From Candidatus Iainarchaeum sp. (GTDB lineage Archaea > Iainarchaeota > Iainarchaeia > Iainarchaeales > GCA-2688035): 64,000 nt of DNA. The stretch lies in assembly GCA_017610205.1 (NCBI GenBank), contig JAFCCL010000006.1, positions 58,553 through 122,552 on the forward strand, given 5' to 3'. Positions 1 through 8,929 of the stretch are shown here, one piece after another (the stretch's first letter is position 1; each line of letters begins with the position of its first letter). A program made the translations under genes and the position numbers. Under the pieces are notes generated by a model that saw only the letters and a program-made list of their open reading frames with translations, had not been told where the DNA came from and made no database searches.

Positions 1-1
1 T

Positions 2-253
2 GAAACACTTTCAAACAATCAGGCAAGGGCAATAAAAAATTATGCAGCTGAGTTAAATCTGTGGATTTTGGTTTATTTGCTTTTGGCAGTAGCTATTCCA
101 ACTATGGGAGTAACCTTTTTGGTTATTCTTTCCGCATTAGGCGGTGTATCTATTGGACCAGAACTTATTATACTGATTGTATTGGGGGCATTTGCAATGC
201 AAATTATTTTGATTGGATTTGTCAAAAACAGAATGCCAAAGGTGATTGCATGA
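2..253 (+). CDS. Type II secretion/type IV pilus platform protein (TadC/ArlJ-like), 3' part only
   Basis: Frame open from the window edge (ETLSNNQARAIKNYAAELNLWILVYLLLAVAIPTMGVTFLVILSALGG...). TM helices; stop overlaps the next ATG (ATGA). Confidence 0.75.
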   Translation, partial: ETLSNNQARAIKNYAAELNLWILVYLLLAVAIPTMGVTFLVILSALGGVSIGPELIILIVLGAFAMQIILIGFVKNRMPKVIA

Positions 254-1290
254 GTAAAACAGCAAGTGGAACATATGAAAGGGTGTGCAAAACAGTCTGC
301 GAAATTGTTCCACAGGAAAGAAGAGTTGCAAAAGTTTTTCCAAAGCTTAAGTATGCTGGCATAAAAGAAAATTTTGATGTCTGGATTGGAAAAAGAATGA
401 TTTTGGTTTTCTTTGCAGGAGTAATTGGATTTCTTTTGCCTTTGGCTCTTGGAAGATACTTTGCATTTCTTGACTTTTCAGCCTTTGTAATGCCTTTGTT
501 TGAAGCAATAGGTCTTGGAATTGCTTTTGCACTTGCAGCAGTGCTTGCAGTTTACCTTCATCTTTATTACACAATTGAAGGCCGTGCTTCAATGGTTGAA
601 GCAATTTTGCCTGACTTTTTGATGCTTGTAGCAAGCAATATTAGTGCAGGAATGACTCCTTTTTCAGCATTTAGGGAAGGTGCAAGGAAAGAATTTGGGC
701 CTTTAAGTGAGGAAATAAAAATTGCTTCTGCAAAAAGCCTTGGAACAAAAAGCTTTGGACTAGCCCTAAAACAGCTTACAGTAAAAATAAATTCAAAGAT
801 TTTGAGGGAAACAGTTTCATTCTTTGCACAGTCTCTGAAAAGCGGAGGCAAGCTCTCAAAGCTTCTTGAAACAAGCGCCCTTGACTTAAGAAGGACACAG
901 GAAATGAAAAAGGATTTGGCTTCAAGTACAAGAATGTATATAATGTTTGTTGCATTTGTAATAGTAATCGCAACCCCATTGCTTTTAGGAGTATCAATTC
1001 AATTCCTTGAAATGATTTCCACTGTACAGGGAGAGCAATTGTCACAGGGAAGCCAAGGAATTTCAAGCGTTACGTTTCTTTCATCAGAATTGAATGTAAA
1101 ACCAGCCTTTATGCTAAACCTTTCCTATATTTTGCTTACTGGAAATGCAATTCTTGCATCGCTCTTTATAGGAGTTATTGGAGGCGGAAAGGCAAAAATG
1201 GGCTTAAGATATACTCCTGCAATTCTAATTTCCTCAATAATTGTGTTTGTTTTCCTTGAACAAATTCTTAATTCAATGTTTGGAATTTAA
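250..1290 (+). CDS. Type II secretion system F-domain (TadC-like) pilus assembly membrane protein
   Basis: Start at ATG 250 after a GGTGA RBS. Motif ILPDFLMLVASNISAGMTPFSAF...EFGPLSEEI...SGGKLSKLLE and multiple TMs. Confidence 0.85.
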   Translation: MSKTASGTYERVCKTVCEIVPQERRVAKVFPKLKYAGIKENFDVWIGKRMILVFFAGVIGFLLPLALGRYFAFLDFSAFVMPLFEAIGLGIAFALAAVLAVYLHLYYTIEGRASMVEAILPDFLMLVASNISAGMTPFSAFREGARKEFGPLSEEIKIASAKSLGTKSFGLALKQLTVKINSKILRETVSFFAQSLKSGGKLSKLLETSALDLRRTQEMKKDLASSTRMYIMFVAFVIVIATPLLLGVSIQFLEMISTVQGEQLSQGSQGISSVTFLSSELNVKPAFMLNLSYILLTGNAILASLFIGVIGGGKAKMGLRYTPAILISSIIVFVFLEQILNSMFGI

Positions 1291-1475
1291 ATTAATCAAA
1301 CTTGCTCAAAAAGTAAGTATTTAGTTGGGTCTATCTTCAAGGCTCAGAAATGCGTTAAAACTGCCAAAATTGAAAAATAGCACTCAGTGACTAAATACGT
1401 ACCTCAAAAAAAAGCTTTATATAGAAGAAAACACTAATTAAAACCAGTTTTATTAAATTAAACGGAGGGAAAAAG

Positions 1476-1934
1476 ATGAAGTTTAAAGGTCAAGGGACAA
1501 CAGAATATCTGATAATCCTTGCAGTTATAATTGTAGTTGCATTGGTTGTTGTCGGCGTAATGGGCTGGTTTCCAGGACTTGGAACAGGCATTACAGAAAG
1601 CCAGAGCAAAGCATACTGGAAAAGCGCTTCGCCAATAGCAATAACCGACTGGAAAATCACAGGAACTGCAGCAGATGCCACATTCTCTTTACAGAATCTG
1701 ACAACCGACAAAATATCGGTTACTGAGATAACAATTGATGGCGCAGCAATTGGATTGGCAGACGTCAACATTGCAGCAGGAGACACCAACGGAAGCGTTA
1801 CAGGCTCAACAGGCATTGCATGCTCAAGCGGCTCAAGCTACCAATACAATATATCAATAAGCTATGATGTTGTAGGCGGAATTTCAGGCAAGACCGAAAC
1901 AGGGCAAAAGCCATTAGTTGGAAGCTGTCCATAA
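1476..1934 (+). CDS. Archaeal type IV pilin with class III signal peptide
   Basis: MKFKG/QGTTEYLIILAVIIVVALVVVG: KG|Q cleavage site, Glu at +5, hydrophobic helix. GGAGG RBS; next to the TadC genes. Confidence 0.9.
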   Translation: MKFKGQGTTEYLIILAVIIVVALVVVGVMGWFPGLGTGITESQSKAYWKSASPIAITDWKITGTAADATFSLQNLTTDKISVTEITIDGAAIGLADVNIAAGDTNGSVTGSTGIACSSGSSYQYNISISYDVVGGISGKTETGQKPLVGSCP

Positions 1935-1953
1935 AAAAAAGTGTTTTATTCAA

Positions 1954-1990
1954 TGGGAAGCATTGTACTTCCCACTATTTTTCATTTTGT
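1954..1990 (+). terminator. Hairpin plus T-tract after pilin
   Basis: tgggaag...cttccca stem followed by a T-rich run. Confidence 0.5.
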
Positions 1991-2011
1991 TAAATTTAAG
2001 TAGGCTATATT

Positions 2012-2308
2012 CTAAAATATTGAAAAACCCATAAAAATAAAGTAAGCATAGAAAAACACCTGCGCAAGAATTAATGCAGACGAAGTAAAAATTGTCGACT
2101 TCCTGTTTTTTGAAAACCTTTTAACAAAATTCAGCAATAGTACAATAAGAAAAAGAATTAATGGAAGTGAAAGAATAAAAATGTTCAACACCCACTTTTC
2201 AGGAATTCCCCAAACAAACCAAGTTGAAATTATCTTGTAGGCAAAATTTACCCCAGGCAACACAGCCAGAAAAGAAATTACTATAAAGGCAAGGTTTAAT
2301 TTTTTCAT
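2012..2308 (-). CDS. Small hypothetical membrane protein
   Basis: 98 aa, three hydrophobic segments, fills the intergenic gap. Confidence 0.6.
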   Translation of the reverse strand: MKKLNLAFIVISFLAVLPGVNFAYKIISTWFVWGIPEKWVLNIFILSLPLILFLIVLLLNFVKRFSKNRKSTIFTSSALILAQVFFYAYFIFMGFSIF

Positions 2309-2347
2309 TCAAAAAAAGAAAAGGAACAAAACCTATTTAATTGAAAT

Positions 2348-2365
2348 GCCTCAGTCCGCCCATCT
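2348..2365 (-). repeat. Direct-repeat copy of the 3' end of C/D sRNA-1 (att-like)
   Basis: gcctcagtccgcccatct, identical to 4699-4716. Confidence 0.85.
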
Positions 2366-2396
2366 TATTTGAAAGATGAAGATTTAATTCCATTTT

Positions 2397-2846
2397 TTAA
2401 GAGTTCTTGGATTTAACGATGTCTTTTGCTTTTTCAATGAATTTTTCCGCTTTGTCATATAACTCGCTTAGGTTTTCCTCAAACTTCACTCTTGTGACAT
2501 TGTATTGAACTTCCTGTCTTAGTCCCCTCAACAAATCAAATAATGATAAGTCCTCTGAGCTGAGCATTCCTTTTTCGCTGAATTTTTCTTCCAGGTATTT
2601 CTGCAGGCAATAGTGGCTTTTCTCCTTTACTCCATGCAAATAAAGTATTGCTCTTGCTGCATGAAAAGCCGCATTGTACATTGCTATTGCAGCCATCTCT
2701 TCCTTTTTAATGTTTATTAAATCAAAACTTTCATTCAGAAAAAATTCAGCTTGTGCAAGATCCTGCAATGCAAGCCTCTTGCTTTTAGTGGTTTTCTTGA
2801 GTAATCCTTTCTCAAAACAATCATCAACCTCAGTCAAGTTCTTCAC
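2397..2846 (-). CDS. HEPN domain protein (toxin of an MNT-HEPN pair)
   Basis: AMYNAAFHAARAILY...KSH...LRQEVQY; overlaps the MNT gene. Confidence 0.85.
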   Translation of the reverse strand: MKNLTEVDDCFEKGLLKKTTKSKRLALQDLAQAEFFLNESFDLINIKKEEMAAIAMYNAAFHAARAILYLHGVKEKSHYCLQKYLEEKFSEKGMLSSEDLSLFDLLRGLRQEVQYNVTRVKFEENLSELYDKAEKFIEKAKDIVKSKNS

Positions 2847-3387
2847 CTTCTAAGACAATTGATTTAGCCCTTATTTGCTGCAACAATTCTGTTTTCTCTT
2901 TTTCCATTAAATCAACTTTGCTTTTAGTCAACGTAATTAACTGCACATCTCTTTTTAGCTGGTTACTCAGCTCTCTTTTGATTTGGCTTATTAAAAGCGA
3001 ATCTGGCTTTTTTTTAAAATAAATTGCCAAATCAATATCACTGTCACCAGTCATTTTTCCGGTCGCAGCACTGCCAAACAAGTAAACGCCTAAAGGCCGT
3101 AACTTGACCAAGTTTTTAAATGGCCTGGTTATTGTGATTTCATGCACAAGAATAGTTCTCAGTATGCTTGTCGTTAGAGGATTATTATAATTCAGACTGA
3201 AAATTTTTCGGTTCTTTTGTTTTGCCACCACAACAATTTTTTTTAGTGCAAGCTTTGTCATTATTTTGTGAACAGTACTTGGAGCAAGACCTGTTTTTTC
3301 AGCAAGCTCTCGCAGATAGTATTTCTTATTCAAAAGAAGCTCTAATAGTCGAAATGTGCTTTCATTAAGAAAATCAATATTACCCAT
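2830..3387 (-). CDS. HTH-fused minimal nucleotidyltransferase (MNT antitoxin)
   Basis: N-terminal wHTH (YLRELAEKTGLAPSTVH) and YLFGSAATG...DSDIDLAI. Start taken at MGNID. Confidence 0.85.
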   Translation of the reverse strand: MGNIDFLNESTFRLLELLLNKKYYLRELAEKTGLAPSTVHKIMTKLALKKIVVVAKQKNRKIFSLNYNNPLTTSILRTILVHEITITRPFKNLVKLRPLGVYLFGSAATGKMTGDSDIDLAIYFKKKPDSLLISQIKRELSNQLKRDVQLITLTKSKVDLMEKEKTELLQQIRAKSIVLEGEELD

Positions 3388-3445
3388 GTAATAATACCAA
3401 ACGTTCATATATAAAAACGTTTCGTTCACACAGAAAAACAATAAA

Positions 3446-3463
3446 GCCTCAGTCCACCCATCT
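3446..3463 (-). repeat. Direct-repeat copy of the 3' end of C/D sRNA-1 (att-like)
   Basis: gcctcagtccacccatct, 17/18 identical to 4699-4716. Confidence 0.8.
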
Positions 3464-3505
3464 CTCTCGAAAAATGAAGAAAGACTTACAAGACCTTGAA
3501 AAGCA

Positions 3506-3736
3506 TTATTTTAGAAACTTAGCCAGTTCTTCAATGTCAAGGTTAGCTTGCCTTAGAATGGATTTCATTGTACCTGTTCTAATCACTTGTTTCAAAGGAA
3601 TAATAACAGTAAGCTTTCTTCCGCTTGCAAATTTCCTGAGCTTTACATGACTCCCCCTCTGCTTGACAGATTTAAAGCCAGCCTTCTCCAAAGCTTTAAT
3701 TACTTCCTTTCCTGAAAGAACTGGAAACTTAGGCAC
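3506..3736 (-). CDS. hicA: HicA family toxin
   Basis: LSGKEVIKALEKAGF..VKQRGSHVKL...GTMKSILRQA. Confidence 0.9.
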   Translation of the reverse strand: MPKFPVLSGKEVIKALEKAGFKSVKQRGSHVKLRKFASGRKLTVIIPLKQVIRTGTMKSILRQANLDIEELAKFLK

Positions 3737-3938
3737 AGGCTTTCACTTCAAAAGTAGTGACAAAAGGAGCAATATCTGAAAGCTTTATGTCCTTCTTGTC
3801 TTCCAAATAGAGTTCAACAGCCTCTTTCAAATTAGCCAGAGCATCTTCTATTGAATTGCCTTGCGAAGCAACATCAAGCTCAGGGCACAAAGCAACATAC
3901 TCGCCCTCTTCTTTACTAATTACTGCAGATAATCTCAA
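3729..3938 (-). CDS. hicB: HicB family antitoxin
   Basis: YVALCPELDVASQGNSIEDALANLKEAVELYLE; TTG start with AGGTGA RBS. Confidence 0.9.
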   Translation of the reverse strand: MRLSAVISKEEGEYVALCPELDVASQGNSIEDALANLKEAVELYLEDKKDIKLSDIAPFVTTFEVKACA

Positions 3939-4079
3939 AATATCACCTAGTATATTTAATGGATAAACAGTATAAAAAAAGATTTGTTTCCCACCAATTT
4001 AACTCTAAAAATGAGCTCAGGCGTGCAATATGGTAGAAAGATAATATTTAATTGTTTAAGATGCATCATTCTGTTAAAG

Positions 4080-4679
4080 ATGACTCCGAAGAAAGCAATT
4101 AGAAAAAGAGAAGCTAGAGTAACACAAAATCTGAAAAAAACGCTTGCGAGATTAAGACCGAAGCTGAAACCTTTCTTAGCAAATCCAAAACCCATAACTG
4201 TCGAACAACTTCGAGCAGGCGACATACTATTTTTTAGGCCGAAATCTGATTCAGCTATTATAAGAAAGTGCCTTGCATATGGACACCCGTTTTCGCACAT
4301 GGCACTCTACATTGGAAATGGTAAAATGTTTAATTTGGCAAAAACCGCAAGACTGCCACTGGCCGAAACCGTGTTAGCAACTTATGGGGCACCCTTTGTT
4401 TTAAGACCGGAAATTACTAAGAGGCAAACAGAAAAAATTGCTGAAAAAGCAAAAGAGGCTGTTGGAGAAAAGCATAATAAAAAAGTAGAGAAGATGGTTC
4501 AGCTAAGCGAATTGACAAACATCGGATTCAAAAAAGCAAGAACCAAAGGATTCAACTGCACAAATGTAATATCATTTATTTTCTCAGAAGCAGGAATGGA
4601 CGTGACACCAGGGGTGCATCCTCTAAGAGCCGGACCCTCACATTTCCTCCGAAACAAAAGACTCAGAAGAATAAACTAA
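4080..4679 (+). CDS. Permuted papain-like NlpC/P60 (YiiX/YebB-like) protein with a basic N-terminus
   Basis: LRAGDILFF...FSHMALYIGNG...FNCTNVISFIF (His precedes Cys); very K/R-rich. Confidence 0.7.
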   Translation: MTPKKAIRKREARVTQNLKKTLARLRPKLKPFLANPKPITVEQLRAGDILFFRPKSDSAIIRKCLAYGHPFSHMALYIGNGKMFNLAKTARLPLAETVLATYGAPFVLRPEITKRQTEKIAEKAKEAVGEKHNKKVEKMVQLSELTNIGFKKARTKGFNCTNVISFIFSEAGMDVTPGVHPLRAGPSHFLRNKRLRRIN

Positions 4680-4698
4680 CCCAATAAAAATATTCACA

Positions 4699-4761
4699 GC
4701 CTCAGTCCGCCCATCTTTCTTCATTGCTTGCGCTCTGTGTCATCGTCAGTTCATCATCGGC
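4699..4761 (-). ncRNA. C/D-box guide sRNA (sRNA-1)
   Basis: Minus strand: gccg ATGATGA(C) actgacgatgaca CAGA(D') gc-gcaa-gc a ATGAAGA(C') aagatgggcgga CTGA(D) ggc. Terminal gcc/ggc stem; 12-13 nt guides. Confidence 0.8.
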
Positions 4762-4869
4762 AATTAAATTGTACTGCGAATGGCTTTAAAGAATAGGTAT
4801 TCTTACAATTTTAGAGGCTACCACGCCTCTCGGTTATCTTTTAAAGAAGTTTTAAACCCATTTTTTTTA

Positions 4870-6261
4870 ATGCTAACTGTAATGAAGTTTGGTGGTAGTA
4901 TTCTTTCAAGCGAAAGCCAGCTTAAGCGGGTTACCCAAGTTGTTAAAAAGCGCAGGGAACGGGAAGATGTTTTGATTGTTGTCTCTGCATTGAAAGGGGT
5001 TACCAATTCTCTTATTGGGATTGCAAACAAGGCACTTGAAGGCAGCGACTTCAAAGAAGAATTTGTAGCAGTAAAAAAACTGCATCTTGAAATGCTTTCA
5101 GGCATCAAAGCCAAGAATTATGTGAAAGAGACTGAGAAAGGGCTGCTTGAAGAGTTTTCTCTGCTTGAAAGGGCACTGCAGGGAATTTTGTGCCTTAAAG
5201 AGCTTTCTCCGAGAAGCCTTGATCTTGTGCAGACAGCGGGAGAGAGACTATGTGTTTTGCTTCTATTCGCCTATCTTTTGGATGAAAACATTCAGGCAAT
5301 TGCCTTTGACGGAAGAAAGCAGGGCATTGTAACAAACTCTGATTTTGGCAGAGCTAGGCCTTTGATGGATGAAACCAAAAAAAAGCTGGAAAAAACGAAG
5401 GGATTTGTACACAGCAATGTCCTGATTTTCCCAGGCTTTTTTGGAGTTGACAAGCAGGACAATGTTGTCAGCTTTGGCAGGGGTGGCAGTGATTTCAGCG
5501 CAGCAATTCTTGCAAACTTGTTCAGAGCAAACTCCTTGGAGTTGTGGAAGGACGTTGATGGCTTTTTAACCAGCGACCCAAAAATTGTTGAGGATGCTGT
5601 GGTTTTGTCAAATCTGAGCTACGAGGAGGCGGAGGAACTTGGCTATTTTGGGGCAAAAATCATTTACCCGCGAACAGTGGTTCCCTTGAAAGAAAAGGGT
5701 ATCAAAATCGTGATAAAAAACATCCAGAAACCTGACAAAATTGGAACAATTGTAAGTAATGAAAGACTTGAACAGAAGATAGTGGCCAAGTCAATTGCAG
5801 TCAAGAGAAACATTGCGAGCATAACACTAAGAAGCCCTATCTTTGTTGGTCAGGCAGGCGTTCTGGAAAAAATCTTTTATGAAATCGCCAAGGCTAACAT
5901 AAGCGTTGGCCTTGTTGCAACAAGCGAAACTGGGATTTCTTTCACAATTGACGAAAAAAGCCTGCCAAGGACAAGGGAAGCCATTTCCAGAATCGGCCTG
6001 GTTCTCGAAGAAGCTAGCTTTGACAAGGATCTTGCAATGGTGGGAGTAGTTGGAGAGGGGCTGAAGAAAAAACCTGGGGTAGCAGGATTTGTGTTTGGCT
6101 GCCTTGCAGAAAACAAGGTAAACGTTGAAATGATCTCTCAGGGAAGCAGTGGAATAAACATTTCTTTTATAATAAAAGAAAGTGATCTGCACAAAACAGT
6201 AAAGGCACTTCACAAGAAAATAATACAAAACCCAAAGATGAAAAATAGCCTTATTAAGTAA
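4870..6261 (+). CDS. lysC: Aspartate kinase with ACT domains
   Basis: VMKFGGS, VVSALKGVTN, FGRGGSDFSAA, WKDVDG, two C-terminal ACT domains. Start taken at ATG 4870. Confidence 0.92.
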   Translation: MLTVMKFGGSILSSESQLKRVTQVVKKRREREDVLIVVSALKGVTNSLIGIANKALEGSDFKEEFVAVKKLHLEMLSGIKAKNYVKETEKGLLEEFSLLERALQGILCLKELSPRSLDLVQTAGERLCVLLLFAYLLDENIQAIAFDGRKQGIVTNSDFGRARPLMDETKKKLEKTKGFVHSNVLIFPGFFGVDKQDNVVSFGRGGSDFSAAILANLFRANSLELWKDVDGFLTSDPKIVEDAVVLSNLSYEEAEELGYFGAKIIYPRTVVPLKEKGIKIVIKNIQKPDKIGTIVSNERLEQKIVAKSIAVKRNIASITLRSPIFVGQAGVLEKIFYEIAKANISVGLVATSETGISFTIDEKSLPRTREAISRIGLVLEEASFDKDLAMVGVVGEGLKKKPGVAGFVFGCLAENKVNVEMISQGSSGINISFIIKESDLHKTVKALHKKIIQNPKMKNSLIK

Positions 6262-6316
6262 AGTAGGGTAAAAGTGTTTGGTTTTAGTGCCTCAAGCCAA
6301 ACTTACAAAAAAAGAG

Positions 6317-6353
6317 TATATTACCCTGAGCACATCAAGCTAATTATCAGATT
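6317..6353 (+). repeat. Imperfect 37-bp direct repeat, left of the VapBC pair
   Basis: 29/37 identical to 7133-7169 (tatattaccct...gctaatt.tcagatt). Confidence 0.7.
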
Positions 6354-6445
6354 GGCAGTGGCAAAAGAATCAGGTTGCATAGGAGTTTAAAGAATAACAT
6401 ATACGTATATAAAGACTTTGTAAGTATATAATTATAGGTGATTTT

Positions 6446-6688
6446 GTGGGAAACGTGACAATTACCCTGGAAAATGAGGACGAGGAAACCCTTAGGTCAA
6501 TTGCCGGAAGCAAGTATAATAATAAAAAAGGCTCTTTGGCAAAAGTAGTCGGTGAGTCTATAAGACTACTTTCCAGCAAAACCGGAAAAAACAAGGCAAT
6601 GAAGAGGCAGTTCAAGTGGATGGACCAAGGATTTAACCTAGGAAAAATAAAAGTAAAGAACAGAGGAGAAATATATGACAGAAAGTAA
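6446..6688 (+). CDS. Putative VapB-type antitoxin (RHH-like)
   Basis: MGNVTITL... and C-terminal GFNLGKIKVKNRGEIYDR typical of archaeal VapB; overlaps the PIN gene. Confidence 0.75.
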   Translation: MGNVTITLENEDEETLRSIAGSKYNNKKGSLAKVVGESIRLLSSKTGKNKAMKRQFKWMDQGFNLGKIKVKNRGEIYDRK

Positions 6689-7115
6689 GGAATTGAAGCT
6701 TCTTGATTCAAACATCTTGGTTTACGCTTACGACAAAAGCGAGACAAAAAAGCATCCGATAGCAAGAGAACTTGTTAAAGAAAGATGGAAAAAAGAAGAT
6801 TCGGTTCTAAGCATTCAAAACCTGGCAGAATTCTATTCAGTTATCACAAGCAAAATAGAGAGACCTTTGGAGATTGACAAAGCAAAGCAAATTGTCTTAG
6901 ATTACATTGACGGCTTTGAGATACTAGGATACAACGAAAAAACAATCTTGGAAGCAATTAATGTGCAAGCAATTTACAAAATTCCTTTCTGGGACGCATT
7001 AATAGTTGCCACAATGGAAGAAAACAGCATTGACACAATAATAACAGAAAACGAAAAAGACTTCAAAAAAGTCAAGTGGATAAAAACAATAAACCCGTTT
7101 AAAAAGGCAGAATGA
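6675..7115 (+). CDS. vapC: PIN-domain toxin (VapC)
   Basis: LLDSNILVYA...QNLAEF...FWDALIVA...TENEKDF. Confidence 0.9.
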   Translation: MTESKELKLLDSNILVYAYDKSETKKHPIARELVKERWKKEDSVLSIQNLAEFYSVITSKIERPLEIDKAKQIVLDYIDGFEILGYNEKTILEAINVQAIYKIPFWDALIVATMEENSIDTIITENEKDFKKVKWIKTINPFKKAE

Positions 7116-7132
7116 AACAACAACAAAAAAGT

Positions 7133-7169
7133 TATATTACCCTTAATACTCAAGGCTAATTGTCAGATT
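7133..7169 (+). repeat. Imperfect 37-bp direct repeat, right of the VapBC pair
   Basis: Second copy of 6317-6353. Confidence 0.7.
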
Positions 7170-7198
7170 ACCATTTTGCAATGTTTTGCCAGATTATT

Positions 7199-8779
7199 TT
7201 AAATCATTTTTTTGTCGATTTCTTTGATTGTTCCGTTGCTTACTTTTAGAATTCGTTGTGCAATTTTTTCAATGAAGTATCTGTCGTGAGAAATTGCAAG
7301 AATTGCACCGTTGTAATTCAAAAATGCGTTTTCAACAATTTCGCAGGCGTCAATATCCAGGTAGTTTGTTGGCTCGTCAAGCAAAAGCAAGTTTGGTTTT
7401 TTAATGAGAATTTTGAGAAGGTTTAGCCTGGATTTTTCACCCATTGACAGTTGAGAAATTGGCTTGGATACATCTTTATCAGTAACAAACCCAAGCATGG
7501 ACAATTGCTGGCGCGTTTTAGCACGGTCTTTAAACAAGGAGAATATTTCGTCGTACAAGGTGGCTTTGATTGTTAGGTCTTTGAGTTCCTGGTCTACATA
7601 ACCAAGCTTTGCCTTTGAGTCCAAAATCACTTTGCCAGAAATTGCCGAAACGCGGCCTTCGATTGTTTTGAAAAGCGTGCTTTTGCCTATTCCGTTTTCC
7701 CCAATTAAAACAGTTCGTTGGCCAAGACCAGCATTAAAATTTATGTTGGAAATGAGCGGTTTTTCATACCCTACACACAGGTCAACCAGGTCCAAAATCA
7801 CAACTGAATTAATTGGGGTTGCTTCAAAGGAGGTTTTGAATCTTGACTGGTCCAGGTCTGGTTTTTCAATAATTTTGCGCTTTTCCAAAAGTTTTTCACG
7901 ATATTTTCCTTGCTTGACTTTCTGGGGGCTTTTGCCAAGGCGGGCTATTTTGTCTTTTTGAATAGCAATGTATTTTTCTTCTAATGAGTAGGCTGCTTTT
8001 TGGGCTTTAAATGTTGCTTCACGCGTTTTTATGTATGCTGAATAATTGCCGTTGTACTTAATCCATTTTCCATTCTCTATTTTTAGAATAGTGTCGCACA
8101 CACTGTCCAAAAAATACCTGTCATGTGTGACCATAAGCACAGTTCCTTTAAAAGCGCGCAAGTGGTTTTCCAAAATACCTAAGCGTTTAAAATCAAGGTG
8201 ATTGGTTGGTTCATCAAGCAACAAAAAATCTGCGTCAGAGGATAAAATCTGGGCCAAGGCAATAATCGCGCGTTGTCCTGTAGAAAGTGAGCCAATGGAT
8301 TGGTTGAGCCATGATTCTTTAATCTCAAGAGTTTGTAAAGCGTATTTGATTTTGTTAATAGGAGGCAGGGTTTGGTGCTTTGCAATTTTTGCCTGCAATT
8401 CCACATAGAGCTCCATTAGCTTGCTTACTTTATTATTGTCTTGATGGATTTCTGGGCGTGAAAGAAGCTGCTCAATTTTGTGCAATTTTTTTTCAAACTG
8501 ATTTTGATGATGAATTGTGGCGCTTTCTCCAAGTGTTTGACACACTGTTTTATTCAAGTCCAAATCAACTTGTTGGGAAAAATAAACTGCTTTGCCATTG
8601 AATTCAATCTTGCCGTTGTAATCCACTTGGCCTAAAATTGCTTTGAGAAACGTTGTTTTTCCAACTCCGTTTCTGCCAATAAGACCTACTTTGGAACCAT
8701 CTGCAAGCCCCACGCTTTCGTCAAGCAGTATTTCCTTGCTGCCAAGAGAGATTGAAAGGTTTTTAACAGAAAGAGCCAT
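7199..8779 (-). CDS. ABC-F family ATP-binding protein (ribosome-associated)
   Basis: Two ABC domains (GRNGVGKTT...LLDEPTNHLD...THDRYFLD; GENGIGKST...LSMGEK...DEPTN) and no TMs. Confidence 0.9.
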   Translation of the reverse strand: MALSVKNLSISLGSKEILLDESVGLADGSKVGLIGRNGVGKTTFLKAILGQVDYNGKIEFNGKAVYFSQQVDLDLNKTVCQTLGESATIHHQNQFEKKLHKIEQLLSRPEIHQDNNKVSKLMELYVELQAKIAKHQTLPPINKIKYALQTLEIKESWLNQSIGSLSTGQRAIIALAQILSSDADFLLLDEPTNHLDFKRLGILENHLRAFKGTVLMVTHDRYFLDSVCDTILKIENGKWIKYNGNYSAYIKTREATFKAQKAAYSLEEKYIAIQKDKIARLGKSPQKVKQGKYREKLLEKRKIIEKPDLDQSRFKTSFEATPINSVVILDLVDLCVGYEKPLISNINFNAGLGQRTVLIGENGIGKSTLFKTIEGRVSAISGKVILDSKAKLGYVDQELKDLTIKATLYDEIFSLFKDRAKTRQQLSMLGFVTDKDVSKPISQLSMGEKSRLNLLKILIKKPNLLLLDEPTNYLDIDACEIVENAFLNYNGAILAISHDRYFIEKIAQRILKVSNGTIKEIDKKMI

Positions 8780-8929
8780 GTATAATTATCATTTGCACAA
8801 ATTCTTTAAAGTATGTTAAAAATTATTTTTTTTTCCAGATTTCGTACTTATTACCAACTTACCATTGGCAAAATGTTGTCTTGCAAAAGAATTAAAAGCG
8901 TGGAATGCGTTATTTTTTTGGTTTTTTTA

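Noticed and set aside
61-249. N-terminal extension of the 409-aa ORF
   Set aside because: It overlaps the upstream TadC-like gene in another frame; the true start is ATG 250 with an RBS.
2348-4716. The repeats as a CRISPR array
   Set aside because: The spacing is more than 1 kb and contains genes; there are no cas genes, and the repeat is part of an sRNA.
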